Assembly: GCA_023231475.1 (NCBI GenBank)
Contig: JALJEE010000341.1
Location: 1-64,000, forward strand
Direction: 5' to 3'
DNA length: 64,000 bases
Source: Seison nebaliae
Lineage: Eukaryota
In this document: positions 1 through 11,340 of the stretch, in pieces
Layout: each line of letters begins with the position of its first letter
Position numbering within the stretch: position 1 is the first letter of the stretch
Translations under genes and position numbers: made by a program
The notes under the pieces: model-generated
Told to the model about the DNA's origin: nothing
Databases searched by the model: none
Seen by the model: only the letters and a program-made list of their open reading frames with translations

Positions 1-241
1 TCCATGTAACGATTCGCTGTTATTCCACGACCGGAAAATACATCATTTATTCCTCTCTTCACATCTTGCCACGTTTCCGATTCAGTTCGATGAACGAAAC
101 TCTCGTTCGTTTTCAATTAGACAAATAATATTTTCTTCAAACGGATAGGTAATCAATCGGCCTAAAATGTTGGATTTGGAAATTTTATGGATTGAAGAAA
201 CTTTGTTTCTTTACCAGGTTTCCTTTCTTTCTATTTCTCAT
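1..241 (-). CDS. CUL1: Cullin (cullin-1-like), 5' end only; gene runs off the left edge
   Basis: Minus-strand bases ~100 to 1 translate FVHRTESETWQDVKRGINDVFSGRGITANRYM, matching the cullin-1 N-terminal helix pattern (W-D-L-R-x-G-I-x-x-V...SRYMELY). The upstream small exons and the ATG at 241 are tentative hand-splicing. Confidence 0.7.
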
Positions 242-844
242 CTCTCGTTAAATTTTGGAAAAGGAAAAAAATTTGTTATTGATATTCAACCTCATCAATA
301 TCATCATCATCATCAATTTCATTATCTGGAATAATTTCTTCTTCTCATCACATCAACATGAGACAACACAATATCGGAAATTTTTTTTAATAAACATATT
401 TCTTCAACTTCTCTTCAACTATTCACAAATTTCTTTAATTTCATTTTAGTATTTCATTTATATTTTATTATTTTTGTATTTTTGTATATTTTTTTTTGTA
501 TTAGGATAAAAAATTTCGTTTGAAATAAAATATTAGTATGTATAGCTCGCGAAGGGGATATGTCTGGAATTTTTCATTTATTAAAAGAGGAACGAAGAAA
601 TTAATTTCCCTTCGCACTTCGTATCCCCATTACTACTTCATTTAAATTAGCAAAGGAAAATATCGCTTCATTTCCATCAATTTGCTATAAAATGCATGGA
701 AAGTATTACTTAAGTATGTGTTTAATCGATGAAATTTTGCCCACTCGGGTTTTGGATGGTTATGATTTCAACAAAAGAAACTGTGATCTTACATAATTTA
801 TGTTGATATTAAAATGCCTCAATAATATCTTTCAAATTTTATCC

Positions 845-1687
845 TTACATATTCTCATCCTTGATGCTACAAAGGCATTCGCTTCCGTTAACGTTTCTTA
901 TGCTTTTGACTACCTTGTGTGTCAACTCGTCCCATATCCCATCCTCAGATTTCTCGCTCATCTGTCCTGCAATTCCACTGGGTGTGTTGTTCACGGTGAC
1001 TGCTCCAGTACTCATTTCCAGATTAATTCAGGAGTTCGTCAAGGTACGATCCTTGGTTCATGGTTATTTGATTTGGCTATCGACGGCGTCCTCCGCGAAC
1101 TCAACGAAAGTAATAGAATTGCCATTGGTGATTCCTTTTTTCCGCATGTTATGGCATACGCTGCCGATTTCGTGATCATACATCGTTCCCTTCGTGATTT
1201 GAAGAAATCCTATTTACGTACATCTCGTCTTCTTGCTGAAAGAGGGATTACTATAAACGAATAGAAATGCTGGCTGCTATCAACCGGTAATCGTTCGTTC
1301 TCTAACATTCTTGTCGCTACTTCTACTATCTTCCTTGACTCACTGATCGATATGCGGTCTTTTTCCTGATCCGCTCTCGATCGTATCCGAAACAAATTCT
1401 GTAGGGCTTTTTTCTCCTTCTCTCCTAAATCCAAATTCGTCCCGTTAAAGATCCGTCTTTCACTTTTTAGGAGCCTAGTGCTACCTTTGTATTCTTTGGA
1501 GACTATCTTTTTATGCTCTCATCGGTCTTTTCTGTCCTTGGACCGAGCTTATAATCGGCTCATTAGGAGAATGATACGATGTAACCGCTCACTTCTTTTC
1601 GCCACTGTGAATATCCTACCACTTCCAATTCTTCTATGTCGTCGTATTTTTTATATAATAAATAAATAAATAAATAAATAAATAATA
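845..1687 (+). mobile_element. Decayed, 5'-truncated non-LTR retrotransposon (RTE/CR1-like LINE reverse transcriptase 3' half)
   Basis: One frame carries RT motifs LDATKAFASV (LDxxKAFDSV), SGVRQGTILG (GVRQG), AYAADF (YADD mutated) and a thumb-like KIRLSLFRSLVLPLYSLET. In-frame stops at 1262 (TAG) and 1367 (TGA). The ORF ends at 1669 inside a (TAAA)n tail. Confidence 0.85.
1659..1687 (+). repeat. (TAAA)n tandem repeat, 3' tail of the LINE fragment
   Basis: taaataaataaataaataaataaataata directly at the end of the RT frame. Confidence 0.9.
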
Positions 1688-1715
1688 GGTTTTTAAATTT
1701 CTCTACAAAAATTTT

Positions 1716-1803
1716 TCTCGCGAAGCGGATTTGAACCACTGACCTAAGGATATCTATAAACATTTTCTACAGTCCTCCGCTCTACCAACTGAGCTATGGC
1801 GAG
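1716..1803 (-). tRNA. tRNA-Tyr(GTA) with 15-nt intron (1752-1766)
   Basis: Reverse complement CTCGCCATAGCTCAGTTGGTAGAGCGGAGGACTGTAG[aaaatgtttatagat]ATCCTTAGGTCAGTGGTTCAAATCCGCTTCGCGAGA folds as a cloverleaf with A and B boxes, C1-G72 and A73 Tyr identity elements, intron at 37/38, and a downstream TTTTT terminator (1707-1711). One C6-C67 acceptor-stem mismatch. Confidence 0.93.
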
Positions 1804-2046
1804 ACATTAAATTACCATTTAAAATCGCTAACAATTACAAAATCTTTATTCAAACGTTGGTCGGTCAGTGTATTCAAATTTATTTCACTGAAAATAGAAT
1901 AAGAAAATTTTACCTTCCAACTAAATTTTGATCTGGAACAAACATGTATAGTAAAAAATGAACTTACTTTCAATACACTAATTATTTTGCTTTAACTTTG
2001 ATTCAATTTCATTTAGTCATTCATTACGCAAGTTAAGCAGATAGTA

Positions 2047-3042
2047 ATGGGCAATGTTCTAAGTGATAACATTAACAAAAAATTGTCTAAAAATTCTTTG
2101 GAAGATTTTGTGGAGTTAAATGTTGGAAAAAGTTTTATTTTTAATAAGAAAAATCTTTCGGTTGTTGGAAGAAATGTGGCAAAATATAAAAATGACTTGA
2201 GATTCGAAAAAGTTTTCCAAGCAAATACACTATATTCAGATCAGCAAGTTGGTGCTCTAACAGTCTTAAAAATGAAGAATCTTTCGGAAAGTGCAGTTCT
2301 GTCATTTAGATTGAAATCTACTAATGTCTGTGCAATCCACGTTGTACCATCACATGGTTTAATTACTCCAAATATGATATGTACCGTTCATATTTCATTC
2401 CTTAAACAATTTTGGCGTAATGCAAAAAACTTACGAATTCTTTTACAAATTACACCCGTTTTGAATAAAGACCTCACAAACAATGAATTGAATATCGCTC
2501 AATTGTGGAAACAGTTGGAAGTTGAAGAGAAAACGAGAATTAAGAAAAAATTGTTCAAACTTAAATTTGAAAATTGTGAGTCGGCCATGATCTCTAAAAA
2601 GAGCCAAACGTCAAAGAATAAAATAGTTATCAAAAGGACTTGTTCGAAACAACCGGCAAAACTAGTTGAAGAAATGGGAGTTTCGAGTTCCCATCCGTAT
2701 GAGAACTTCTTTCTTGACGATGTTTACAAATCAAAATTATCAAGTGAAAATTCCAAGAATAAGAAGAGAAGTATTGGACACAAAGATTTTTCTGCAACTT
2801 TTTCTCACGGAGATACTTGTCGTTTACCAATATCCAATTATAATTATGAGAAAATTGATTCATCTACAACCAAATGTGATGATAGATCAAATAATAGAAT
2901 TCATACGAGGGAAGTAAAAGGAAATATTTTTAAGGAGTATGCTATAAAAATATTTGAAATTTTAAGGAATCTGGATAACCAGTCATTGTTTGTTTTATTC
3001 ATATCAATTATTGAACCTCTCAGCAGATTTATTATTCATTAA
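2047..3042 (+). CDS. MSP (major sperm protein)-domain protein, VAP/MOSPD-like, intronless
   Basis: 331-aa ORF. LKMKNLSESAVLSFRLKSTNVCAIHVVPSHGLITPNMICTVHISF fits the MSP domain pattern (LxLxNxS...FKVKTT...VxPxxGxIxP). Hydrophobic C-terminus. Confidence 0.7.
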   Translation: MGNVLSDNINKKLSKNSLEDFVELNVGKSFIFNKKNLSVVGRNVAKYKNDLRFEKVFQANTLYSDQQVGALTVLKMKNLSESAVLSFRLKSTNVCAIHVVPSHGLITPNMICTVHISFLKQFWRNAKNLRILLQITPVLNKDLTNNELNIAQLWKQLEVEEKTRIKKKLFKLKFENCESAMISKKSQTSKNKIVIKRTCSKQPAKLVEEMGVSSSHPYENFFLDDVYKSKLSSENSKNKKRSIGHKDFSATFSHGDTCRLPISNYNYEKIDSSTTKCDDRSNNRIHTREVKGNIFKEYAIKIFEILRNLDNQSLFVLFISIIEPLSRFIIH

Positions 3043-3868
3043 ATAAATATTTTTAACAATTTACTTTATAATTAACTCATCATCCCATGAAAGATACTAT
3101 TTACTAGAACGCTAGATGTCCCATTATGTTTAAACTTTCTTCCAGAACGTTCTTGAAAAGCTGAAAATTCTAAAAATGTTTTCATTCCTTAATCTTCTTT
3201 TTCAACAACTTGATATTTCAAATTGGCAATTGAAAAATTTTTGAAATTTCTTTATTCTTACATGAATCACAACGGTTTTACAAGATAAGATTTAGATTAC
3301 AATTTTGGTATTATTGTAAGATTACAGAACGTATCCCCGAACATTCTTTTTACTAACAAGTTGTAAACTTTTTTTGTAAGCACCTTTCTCTCTTCATAAT
3401 TAGATATGGCATTAAAAATAATCAGGAATAGGTTCCTTTTTTCATATTTTTTTAGGAAAGAGAAACGTCGAAGATAACTTCCTACAATTACAATTTTATA
3501 AAAGACATTTCACATAAAAATATCATCTAATTATATTGTTACGGATGATTATAGAGATAAAATATTTAGTGGTCATATTTGAATTAGACTCCCAGATGAT
3601 ATTTGTATTATCAACATTTCTCTTCATTATATCTTTGTTGTTGTTTAAATATCGTTCGTTTTACTTTTTTTACTTTTTTTGTTTATGGTATCATATCACT
3701 ATTTCTAATAAGTCAATTTTCCATGAGTAATTTACAATATATTTATATATTAGTTTATCTTTACTACATTATATTAAATTCGTCTTTTGAAATCTCCTTT
3801 TTCTTTTCCAAATTTCAGTTAGAGAACGATTAATTACCGTTATTAGAATCCTTAAATTCGATTGGAAA

Positions 3869-4624
3869 ATGGAAAATATATTGATGGAATTGAGGAAATT
3901 GAATGGGGAGAAAGAAACGAAAATAAAAGGGTTTGAAGAAATATGTTGCAAAGCCCTCCACGAAATTGCATCAATGGATCCGACAGATATCGATGATGAT
4001 TTGATGGATGAATGGGATGAACTTCTGGCTGTGATCGATGAACGAATTAACAATCGTGAAGTTTCAAATTCGATCAATTTTGATGATTTGATTGATCATG
4101 AATTTATTACAATGAACGATGAAATCAGTACATTGAGGAGTTTATGGGAAAGTAAATATTCTCTTCTTATCTGTATGAGACATTCCGCCTGATATCCCTG
4201 ATATCGACACATCGAACAGATAGCGTCCTCCGACAAATTTTCTGATGTTCAGATCTTTATCATCTCTCAAAATTCTTCCAATTTACATAATATACAAAAT
4301 AATCTCGAAATCGAATCGAATTTTACTCTCCTGAAAGATTTTTGTAACGTTGAACAAACTTTCTTTTCCAAACTCAATTTAAGAAGTTCCTTCTTCGTCA
4401 CATGGTCGTCTGGTCCGTTGAAGCTTTACGGAAATATGATAAGAAGAAAAGAGAAATGTCTTTTACCGTCCGTCAATGAAAATACTCTCCAAATGGGAGG
4501 TGATTTCATTTTGAAGAAGGGAGAAGACGACTCTAATTCAAATCGATTAATTTGGAGCTATTATTCGAAAACGTCACTTGATCGACCGAAAGTTGAAGAG
4601 ATTTTTCAACATCTGAACTTGTAA
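3869..4624 (+). CDS. SELENOL: Selenoprotein L (thioredoxin-like AhpC/TSA fold) with UxxU motif; two in-frame TGA = Sec at 4190-4192 and 4199-4201
   Basis: Track ORFs 3869-4192 and 4418-4624 share a frame and join into 251 codons if two TGAs are read through: SLLICMRHSA-U-YP-U-YRHIEQI. The downstream part has the family motifs LQMGGDFIL and YYSKTSLDRPKVEEI. Confidence 0.88.
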
Positions 4625-4973
4625 CTCTATTTTCTTTTCCGTTTCAAAGGAGAATATGATAATCAATAATTATTCGTTACTTATCATGTTTGAATTTTCT
4701 AATAAAAATTTTTCCGTTTCAATTCCTAAAATTCTGAAAAATTTATTTATGATGAAATTTTCTGTCCTCAATTCATAAAATTCTGCTAAAAGAATTTAAT
4801 CATATCTCACAACTTTCGAAAAGATAAAAAAGATGTAAATGAATTAAACGATAATTTCTAATTTTAGAAATCAAAAAATATTTCCATTTTTAACTGGAAA
4901 AAATGGCTTCTAAAATTGCAGAAAATAATTTAAATTAAAACATGAAATTTATTATACACAATCTGCCTTGGGC

Positions 4974-5053
4974 GTTAAAGAAAGGTTATATGAAATTGCA
5001 GAATAATTCTTGTCAATTATTTGTTTTTCAGGTGATTTAGTTTCACATTTGAT
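4974..5053 (+). promoter_or_regulatory. Weak candidate SECIS element for the SelL gene
   Basis: ATGA(4990)-N11-AA(5005)-N27-GA(5034) spacing. Helix II is imperfect (two mismatches, three G-U) and a competing helix would pair the AA. Lies beyond an AATAAA at 4701. Confidence 0.2.
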
Positions 5054-5374
5054 TCGATTTGGAAGAGTGAAGGATCTCAAAATAATATTCGTTATTTTTC
5101 ATTTGGAAATTTTTAAGAATTTTTTTTAGAATCGAGAAACGTGTTTGAGTCGAGGATTCGCTTTCTTTCATGTAGATGGGAATGATGCGCAAAAATTTAC
5201 GAAAATAAATAAATTGCGCATTCGAGGTCATGAGACGGAGTTGAAAATTGCTAAATAGAAATTTCGTTTCAACAATTCCCAATTGTTTTCTCGTTTCAAT
5301 TCAATTTAAATAAAATATATTTCACTTCCAAATAACTTCTCCCATTTTTCCGTTTATTTGTCGCGTGTAATCGA

Positions 5375-6948
5375 ATGACAATTATCGATTTGGAGAAACC
5401 AGAATATGGTCCTGAAGCTTGGAGAAGATTTACGAATCGGAACAAACCAAAAATTCCTCATACAAAACGTTAAAAGAAATTTCTTTTATAAATTTTTATG
5501 AATTTAATTTTCAGATGCGGAAAGTAGAAAATATAAAATTGATCAATTCGCTCAAGCGGCTGATTTCACTGCGAAGGAGATTCTGCGAGAAATCGACGCA
5601 ACTAAGGAATTGTCTCAGATGACAAAAGATATTATTAAACATCAGAAAAGTTTCTTTCTAATCATTAGTCGATTAGAATAAATAATTTAATTAATCAGAT
5701 CAATTGAAATTTCAGGTAATGTATGATGTAAGAGAATTGACGAGATTGAGAAGAATGAATGAGCTATTCGAGAAAGAGATTCAACATTATGTAGAATATT
5801 TGAAGAAAGTATATGAGGAAGTAGAAAGAATTACTTATTTTGTACCTCAATTGTTCGAAATTCTACATTTGGGAGACTTGAGCACTGAATGGAGAGAAAC
5901 ATTCTTCCATGAGCTTCCAGATCTGTTGAAAGAGTATTTGAAAGAATTGGAAGAAGTTGGTCGATTGAATCGTAAGAGAATTTATCGAATAAATAAACTA
6001 GTGAGAGAAATAAATGAAGGAATTTTAGATAAAAGTGAAGAAATCGATCAGGAAATGACTGAGCAAATTAAAAGTTTATTATCACTATTAAATTAAAATT
6101 ATATTTATTATTGCACTTCTTTTGCAGATTTGGAGCATTCGCAAGTATATTTAGGAAATTTGAGAAATAAGTTAAATATAGCAATTAGTAATTGGGGAAG
6201 AAGATTACAGCGATTGCTGGAGTCCAGCGACATCGAAATGAAGCGATTGAGGATGCAACACGACGAAATGGTTTCGTCGCTCGAATTGTTAAAGAAGGAA
6301 CAGAATATTTTAAAAGATGCATGTGAAACTTTAGTGGAGAATATCAAGACTCATCAGAAAGAGTATGAGGATGCTGTCAATCTTGTTAATCGATCGAAAT
6401 TTGACGGAACTCTAATCTATGCGAGAAATGAGGGATTGATTACCAATGTTGGTCGATTGGGACGAAGTATAAAGTGTCTGAAGGCTCAATTGGCGAAAGG
6501 TGAAACTCGCATGAATCAATTAGAAAGTGCATCATTTAGAACGAAGGAAGCATTAGAAAAAATAGATAATACGATATCGATTGCCGAAATCATTATAAAG
6601 AACTTGAAGAATTTGGAACCATTAGCTTGCATTCCAATTTTCATTCCACCACCCGAGAAAATAGAAATAGAAAAAGTAACGTCGAAAGAGACGAAACATG
6701 AAGGGAGAAGCTCACATCCTGATGATAAGGAATTATATTGTGATGATCGTTTATCGATTATTGAGGACGACCAAAAAGGAAAAGATGAGAAAGGCAAAGA
6801 AGTGAAACATTTACGTTTCGACGATAAGGAATTATATTGTGATGATCGTTTGTCTCTATTGGATAAAGAGGAGGAGTATAAGGATCGTAGCGAATTGTAC
6901 GTTGACAAACAACTGACTGAAATAGAAGAGGAAAAATTAGCGAAATGA
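5375..6948 (+). CDS. Coiled-coil protein, tektin-like / CCDC105-like (4 exons)
   Basis: ATG 5375 gives MTIIDLEKPEYGPEAWRR. Three short GTT..AG introns join it to ORFs 5704-6096 and 6130-6948 in frame. Long heptad-rich helices; the family assignment is tentative. Confidence 0.55.
6721..6855 (+). repeat. Internal coding duplication DDKELYCDDRLS x2 (6721-6756 and 6820-6855)
   Basis: gatgataaggaattatattgtgatgatcgttt versus gacgataaggaattatattgtgatgatcgttt, 99 nt apart. Confidence 0.9.
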
Positions 6949-7209
6949 GGAGGAGATAAAGAATTGACTAAATGAGGAGAAGATGAAAAATTGACTAAAT
7001 TATGAGGAGAAGAAAAATTGACTTAATTAAAATTTGAATTAACTAAATGAGAAGTTTTTTCTCGTTTTAATAATTATAAAAAATAATTCCTGTGCTATCT
7101 TTTAAGAAATTTAAAAAAAAATTTCTCATGAAAAAACAAAACAGATTGATGTAAAATTGGTTAAATGGAAGAGTGAATGAATTAGAGTGATGGTAGAACT
7201 AGAATAGAA

Positions 7210-8216
7210 CTAATTCTTGTCGATTTTATTATTTAATTCATTAAGACACTTTTGCATCGAGTTTCTTGTTTCGTCAGCGAGAACCGGTACGTCGATCAAT
7301 GAGATGTTTTTCGTGTAAATTGGTGGAAGAATTTGAATGAGAACTTTCCCTCCTAATAAATGGAACGATTTTGTGTTAAGAAAAGAAGGAAACTTCTACG
7401 AAAAAACTTCCTCCACTGATAGAAATGATGATATCCACTAAATACTATGGGAATTATCGGAATTTGTCCTTCCACTGCGATGTTGAATGCGCCCTTCCTA
7501 AACGGTTGTAATTGATCGGAAGAATGACTCCTCGTACCTTCCGGAAACACAAATAATTGTTGTTCATTCTTTAAAATTTGCTGAACGAAATTGTCCATCG
7601 GTCGCTGTTTATCTTTCTGACGTTTAGATCGATCAATAAATAGAACGCCATAGAAAAGAGCGCCCATACCGAATGGACCGGCAAATTTCAACATATTCTT
7701 CGCCATTATCGTACACTTGAGAAAGTAGTTATTCCACATGTACATCAAACCTGCATACTGTCCTCAATCTTTTCAATATCTAATAGAAAACGAAACCGAT
7801 AAAATCGATGGAGGATTGATGATTGGAAATGAAGATACACGACGGTTTCTCGATTTTTTCTTTCTGTTCCAACGAAGTGGTTTTTTGCATATACAAATAA
7901 TCTTTCGCTCCATCAGCTATATCGACGATCTCATAATCGATATGAAATAATATCTGGAACAATTTCGAGAACTTTCTCGATATAATTCTGAAAAGAGAAT
8001 TCTTCAAAAGTTTCGATATTTCAATACGAACTTGATGTGTTCAGCATTAAAGAAATGTCCGTACTGTATGAGTTGTAATGGGAAGGTGCTACTAACAAGT
8101 GCTATGGCACAAAGATAGACGATATACATGGCAACATATGAACATAATTGCACGTGACTCAATACCACAGCAACTCCCAGAATTAATGATAAAAATATGG
8201 AGAATAATTGTAACAT
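7210..8216 (-). CDS. 1-acyl-sn-glycerol-3-phosphate acyltransferase (AGPAT1/2-like), 4 exons
   Basis: PlsC motifs FISNHQSSID, LFIDRS, FPEGTRS, PFRKGAF and IPIIPIV. N-terminal hydrophobic segments. Three GTT..AG introns restore one frame ending in TAG at 7212-7210. Confidence 0.92.
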
Positions 8217-11200
8217 CTGCCCAAATGCAATTGATTTTATCTGACAAATTTTTTAACGAGAACAATTCTTTTGTAGTTATGATTAATTTGTAACCGGAAG
8301 GAAATGTTTATGAGATTATGGTTTTAAAAAAGGAAAAAAAATGAGAGAAAATGTGAGAGCTCAGAATTCGAGTGGAGGAAATTGAGGAAAAATTGTTCGT
8401 GTGGGAGAAACTAATAGAGTTTTATCGATTTCCATACAACATCTCCAACTCAATTATCGATATGTGTGTGCACTAGAGGCGCATAGCTGTGTGCACTGTA
8501 TTCGAAAGCTTTATATCTGTCATTTGTTCCATTCGTTGAGAATTGTTGTGCCTATTTTTAGATGTGCATCGCGTGAGATATTAGTGTAAGAGAGTAGGAG
8601 ATTGGACAACTTTTAAAAGGAACGAAGTGCAAAATGAGGAGCAGAGAGAAGGAATTCATTCCTCATATGAACTAGAGACATCCAAAGGAAATTATGTTAT
8701 TTCTTATTTATTTAGTGTTACGTCGATCAGATAGGTATGTCGGTCTACTCTCATACGAACATGATCACCAATGGAATAGGATGTCTGTGTGAACGAGAGA
8801 ATATAGAAAGAAAATATTAATTTGATTATATTCCGTTCAATGAACAATTTGATATGTGTTTTTATACTTTTTTCTTTTTTTTTTAAGTGAAACGAAGATG
8901 GAGGAGAACGATGACGATGACGACATTTTGAGCATTAATAATTTTCGTTTAATTCTACCTCATGTAATAGTGATGAAGTGGAAGGAGGTTAGGTTGATAA
9001 TGAGAATTTATTAGGAAAACTTGTGAAAAGTCAGAAGAGAATTAATAGAAGAATTCATATTCTTTTCTGTCTCCTCACGCAGACGCTACTTCTATCAGAT
9101 TGGGAAATGTTATAGTGATGAATAAAGAAGTTATGCCAGGCAAACAATTTCCAATTTGGAAATTAATAACCTTCGACTCCTTCCCAATATGGTAATTCTT
9201 TCCCCAACAAATTAAATTATGAGATAAATGAAAAATGATTGCATAAATCTTCAACTTTATGTTTGTGCTAAAAAATTGTTGGGAAGAGGGGAAGAAAGAA
9301 ATGAATTCGAATAAATTCATTAAATAACCATTATTTTCGTGATGCCGATCATATCCTCCATCAATAATAGACGATAGAGGAAGGAAATCTGTTTATATTT
9401 ATAAAATTCCAATTATAATTTCATGTTTCAATCATGAAACTATTTCATCCTATTCTGTTTCGTATAACCCGAGAATGGAGATATTCCTATCAATCATTCG
9501 AAACTATTAATAATAAAAGAGGAATATTGTTTCATTCTGTTTCATATTGCTTCGTTTAAAGCATCTATCTCTCAGCGAACACGGAAAGATTTCTAATGTT
9601 CTCCTGTCATTTCTCGCAAGTTCAATTCAATAATTCTCCTATTCGATCCATCCGAACGAGAAGAATCTTCTTCGTGTTTTCCTCAATTACGATGAGAATC
9701 AGAGGAGAAATTTATAACGAATTATTTTTCTTGGCTTTTTCGACTTGAGCAGATCGACAGTAGAAAGGAGAAGGACGGACGAACGGAGGGAAGAAATATT
9801 TATTAACAATTAGAGTGTGATATCATCAAATAACAAATTTACCAGTTTGAACAGAAAGAATTGGAAGATGTTTCGATATTTTCTTTTGGGAGTGATGACC
9901 GAAAACGTATCGGAAGATAATTAAAATAAGAAATTTCTGTTCCGAGTGTGGAGGATATTAATTTAGTTGAAAGATTCATTTAGTAGACTGGAAACGAATC
10001 ATTTCCTTCATTTCACTATCTTCTGCTAATATGGAAGATTTTAAATAGAACTCAACATTTCCCCCTCAACTGCCAAAGATGGGCGGTAAATTTATGTTAG
10101 AAAATTAATCATTCAAGGAAATTGTTTGCTCGTCGACAAATTTTTCCTTTAACCGAAAAATTCCTATCCATCCAATGGAAACTATTCGGCACATACCGCA
10201 GCATGCTAATAAATTGATCACAATAACGACTTAAATGTCCTTTCCGTACGAAGACTCCAAATTTTGGTTGATTTCACTTGCATACATAATATAAAAAATT
10301 TTTTGTTCATTCCGATCGAAGAAGATAATTCTAGGATTGTGAGATGAGAATGACGTAATAAGTTATACGATCGATGGTTATGGTTATGGTGGAAGTGAAG
10401 ATGAATGATGAATTGCAAAGTTGAAGTATCAATTATTTCATGTCGGAAGAAATGGAAAAAGAGGAAGAAGAATTGTCTGAAGATTATTGGAAATCGTTCA
10501 TTTGATTCAAACGGAATACTTAGGTAGTTGCATTGGGGGTAATAGGTTGGACGACGATAATGTCGGTGATGATGTAAGTCAGAAGTACTTCATAGAAATG
10601 AAGTAAAAAAAAGTAGTCGATAATTTCATTTCCTCAATTTTATTCAGCAGAAATTGAAAAAAATTTGAGGGGAGGAAGAATGAATTTGAGAAACTTACCC
10701 GGTCAACATAGAACGTTGTATGATATTGACATATGGATATAGCCTGGTATATAACATGATTTGTCTGCGTCTTATTTATTTGACTCATATGTAGAAACAT
10801 ATCGACATCGTTGCCCATCGATGATAAATGTTGGAAGATGATAGTGGAAGTATTTAATAGGAGAATATACAGTGTATATTATACACATTCCACATTATAA
10901 TTATTCATGTGCTCATATGTCGAAAATGTACATGAAATTCTTTTTTCTTTGCCATATACATATACCATCAACCTTACGAAAGATTGAATAGGAATTTATC
11001 TTACGTCTAATTCCGTTGTATGATTCATGTGTATGGAATATGTGTATATATATATAGTTTCCATTGGGTAGCGCTGAAGCGTAATAAATGATGGCTAGGG
11101 ATGAAGAAGACGAGAATGAGAAAGAATTGCATTAAAAATTCTATATATTTCATTCGTTCTCTCATAGATCAATTGCAATTTCTTCTTTCGTTTTCACTTC

Positions 11201-11340
11201 TTTTCTTTTCAAAGTGGAAGAAAGAGGACACTATTCCGATTGGAAAAAAGAGGAGTGACAGAGAGTGTGCTAAGATTTAATGATGTTTGGTGGAGAGGCA
11301 TATCAATCAGTAGTTGAAGTTGTAGTAGAGCGAAGTGAAG

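Noticed and set aside
255..449. 64-aa + strand ORF
   Set aside because: Low-complexity antisense shadow of the cullin 5' region; TTG start and no motif
820..1700. Possible target-site duplication (aataata..ttt.aaattt) on both sides of the LINE
   Set aside because: Imperfect and composed of A/T only; indistinguishable from background
4649..4700. ATGAT...TGAA hairpin as the SelL SECIS
   Set aside because: Spacing too short, no apical AA, and ATGA pairs better in a Watson-Crick helix
4190..7050. Genome-wide reassignment of TGA (alternative genetic code)
   Set aside because: Long conserved ORFs (BRSK, symplekin, EDRF1, AFG1L) have no internal TGA, use TGG for Trp, and AFG1L ends in TGA after its last conserved motif
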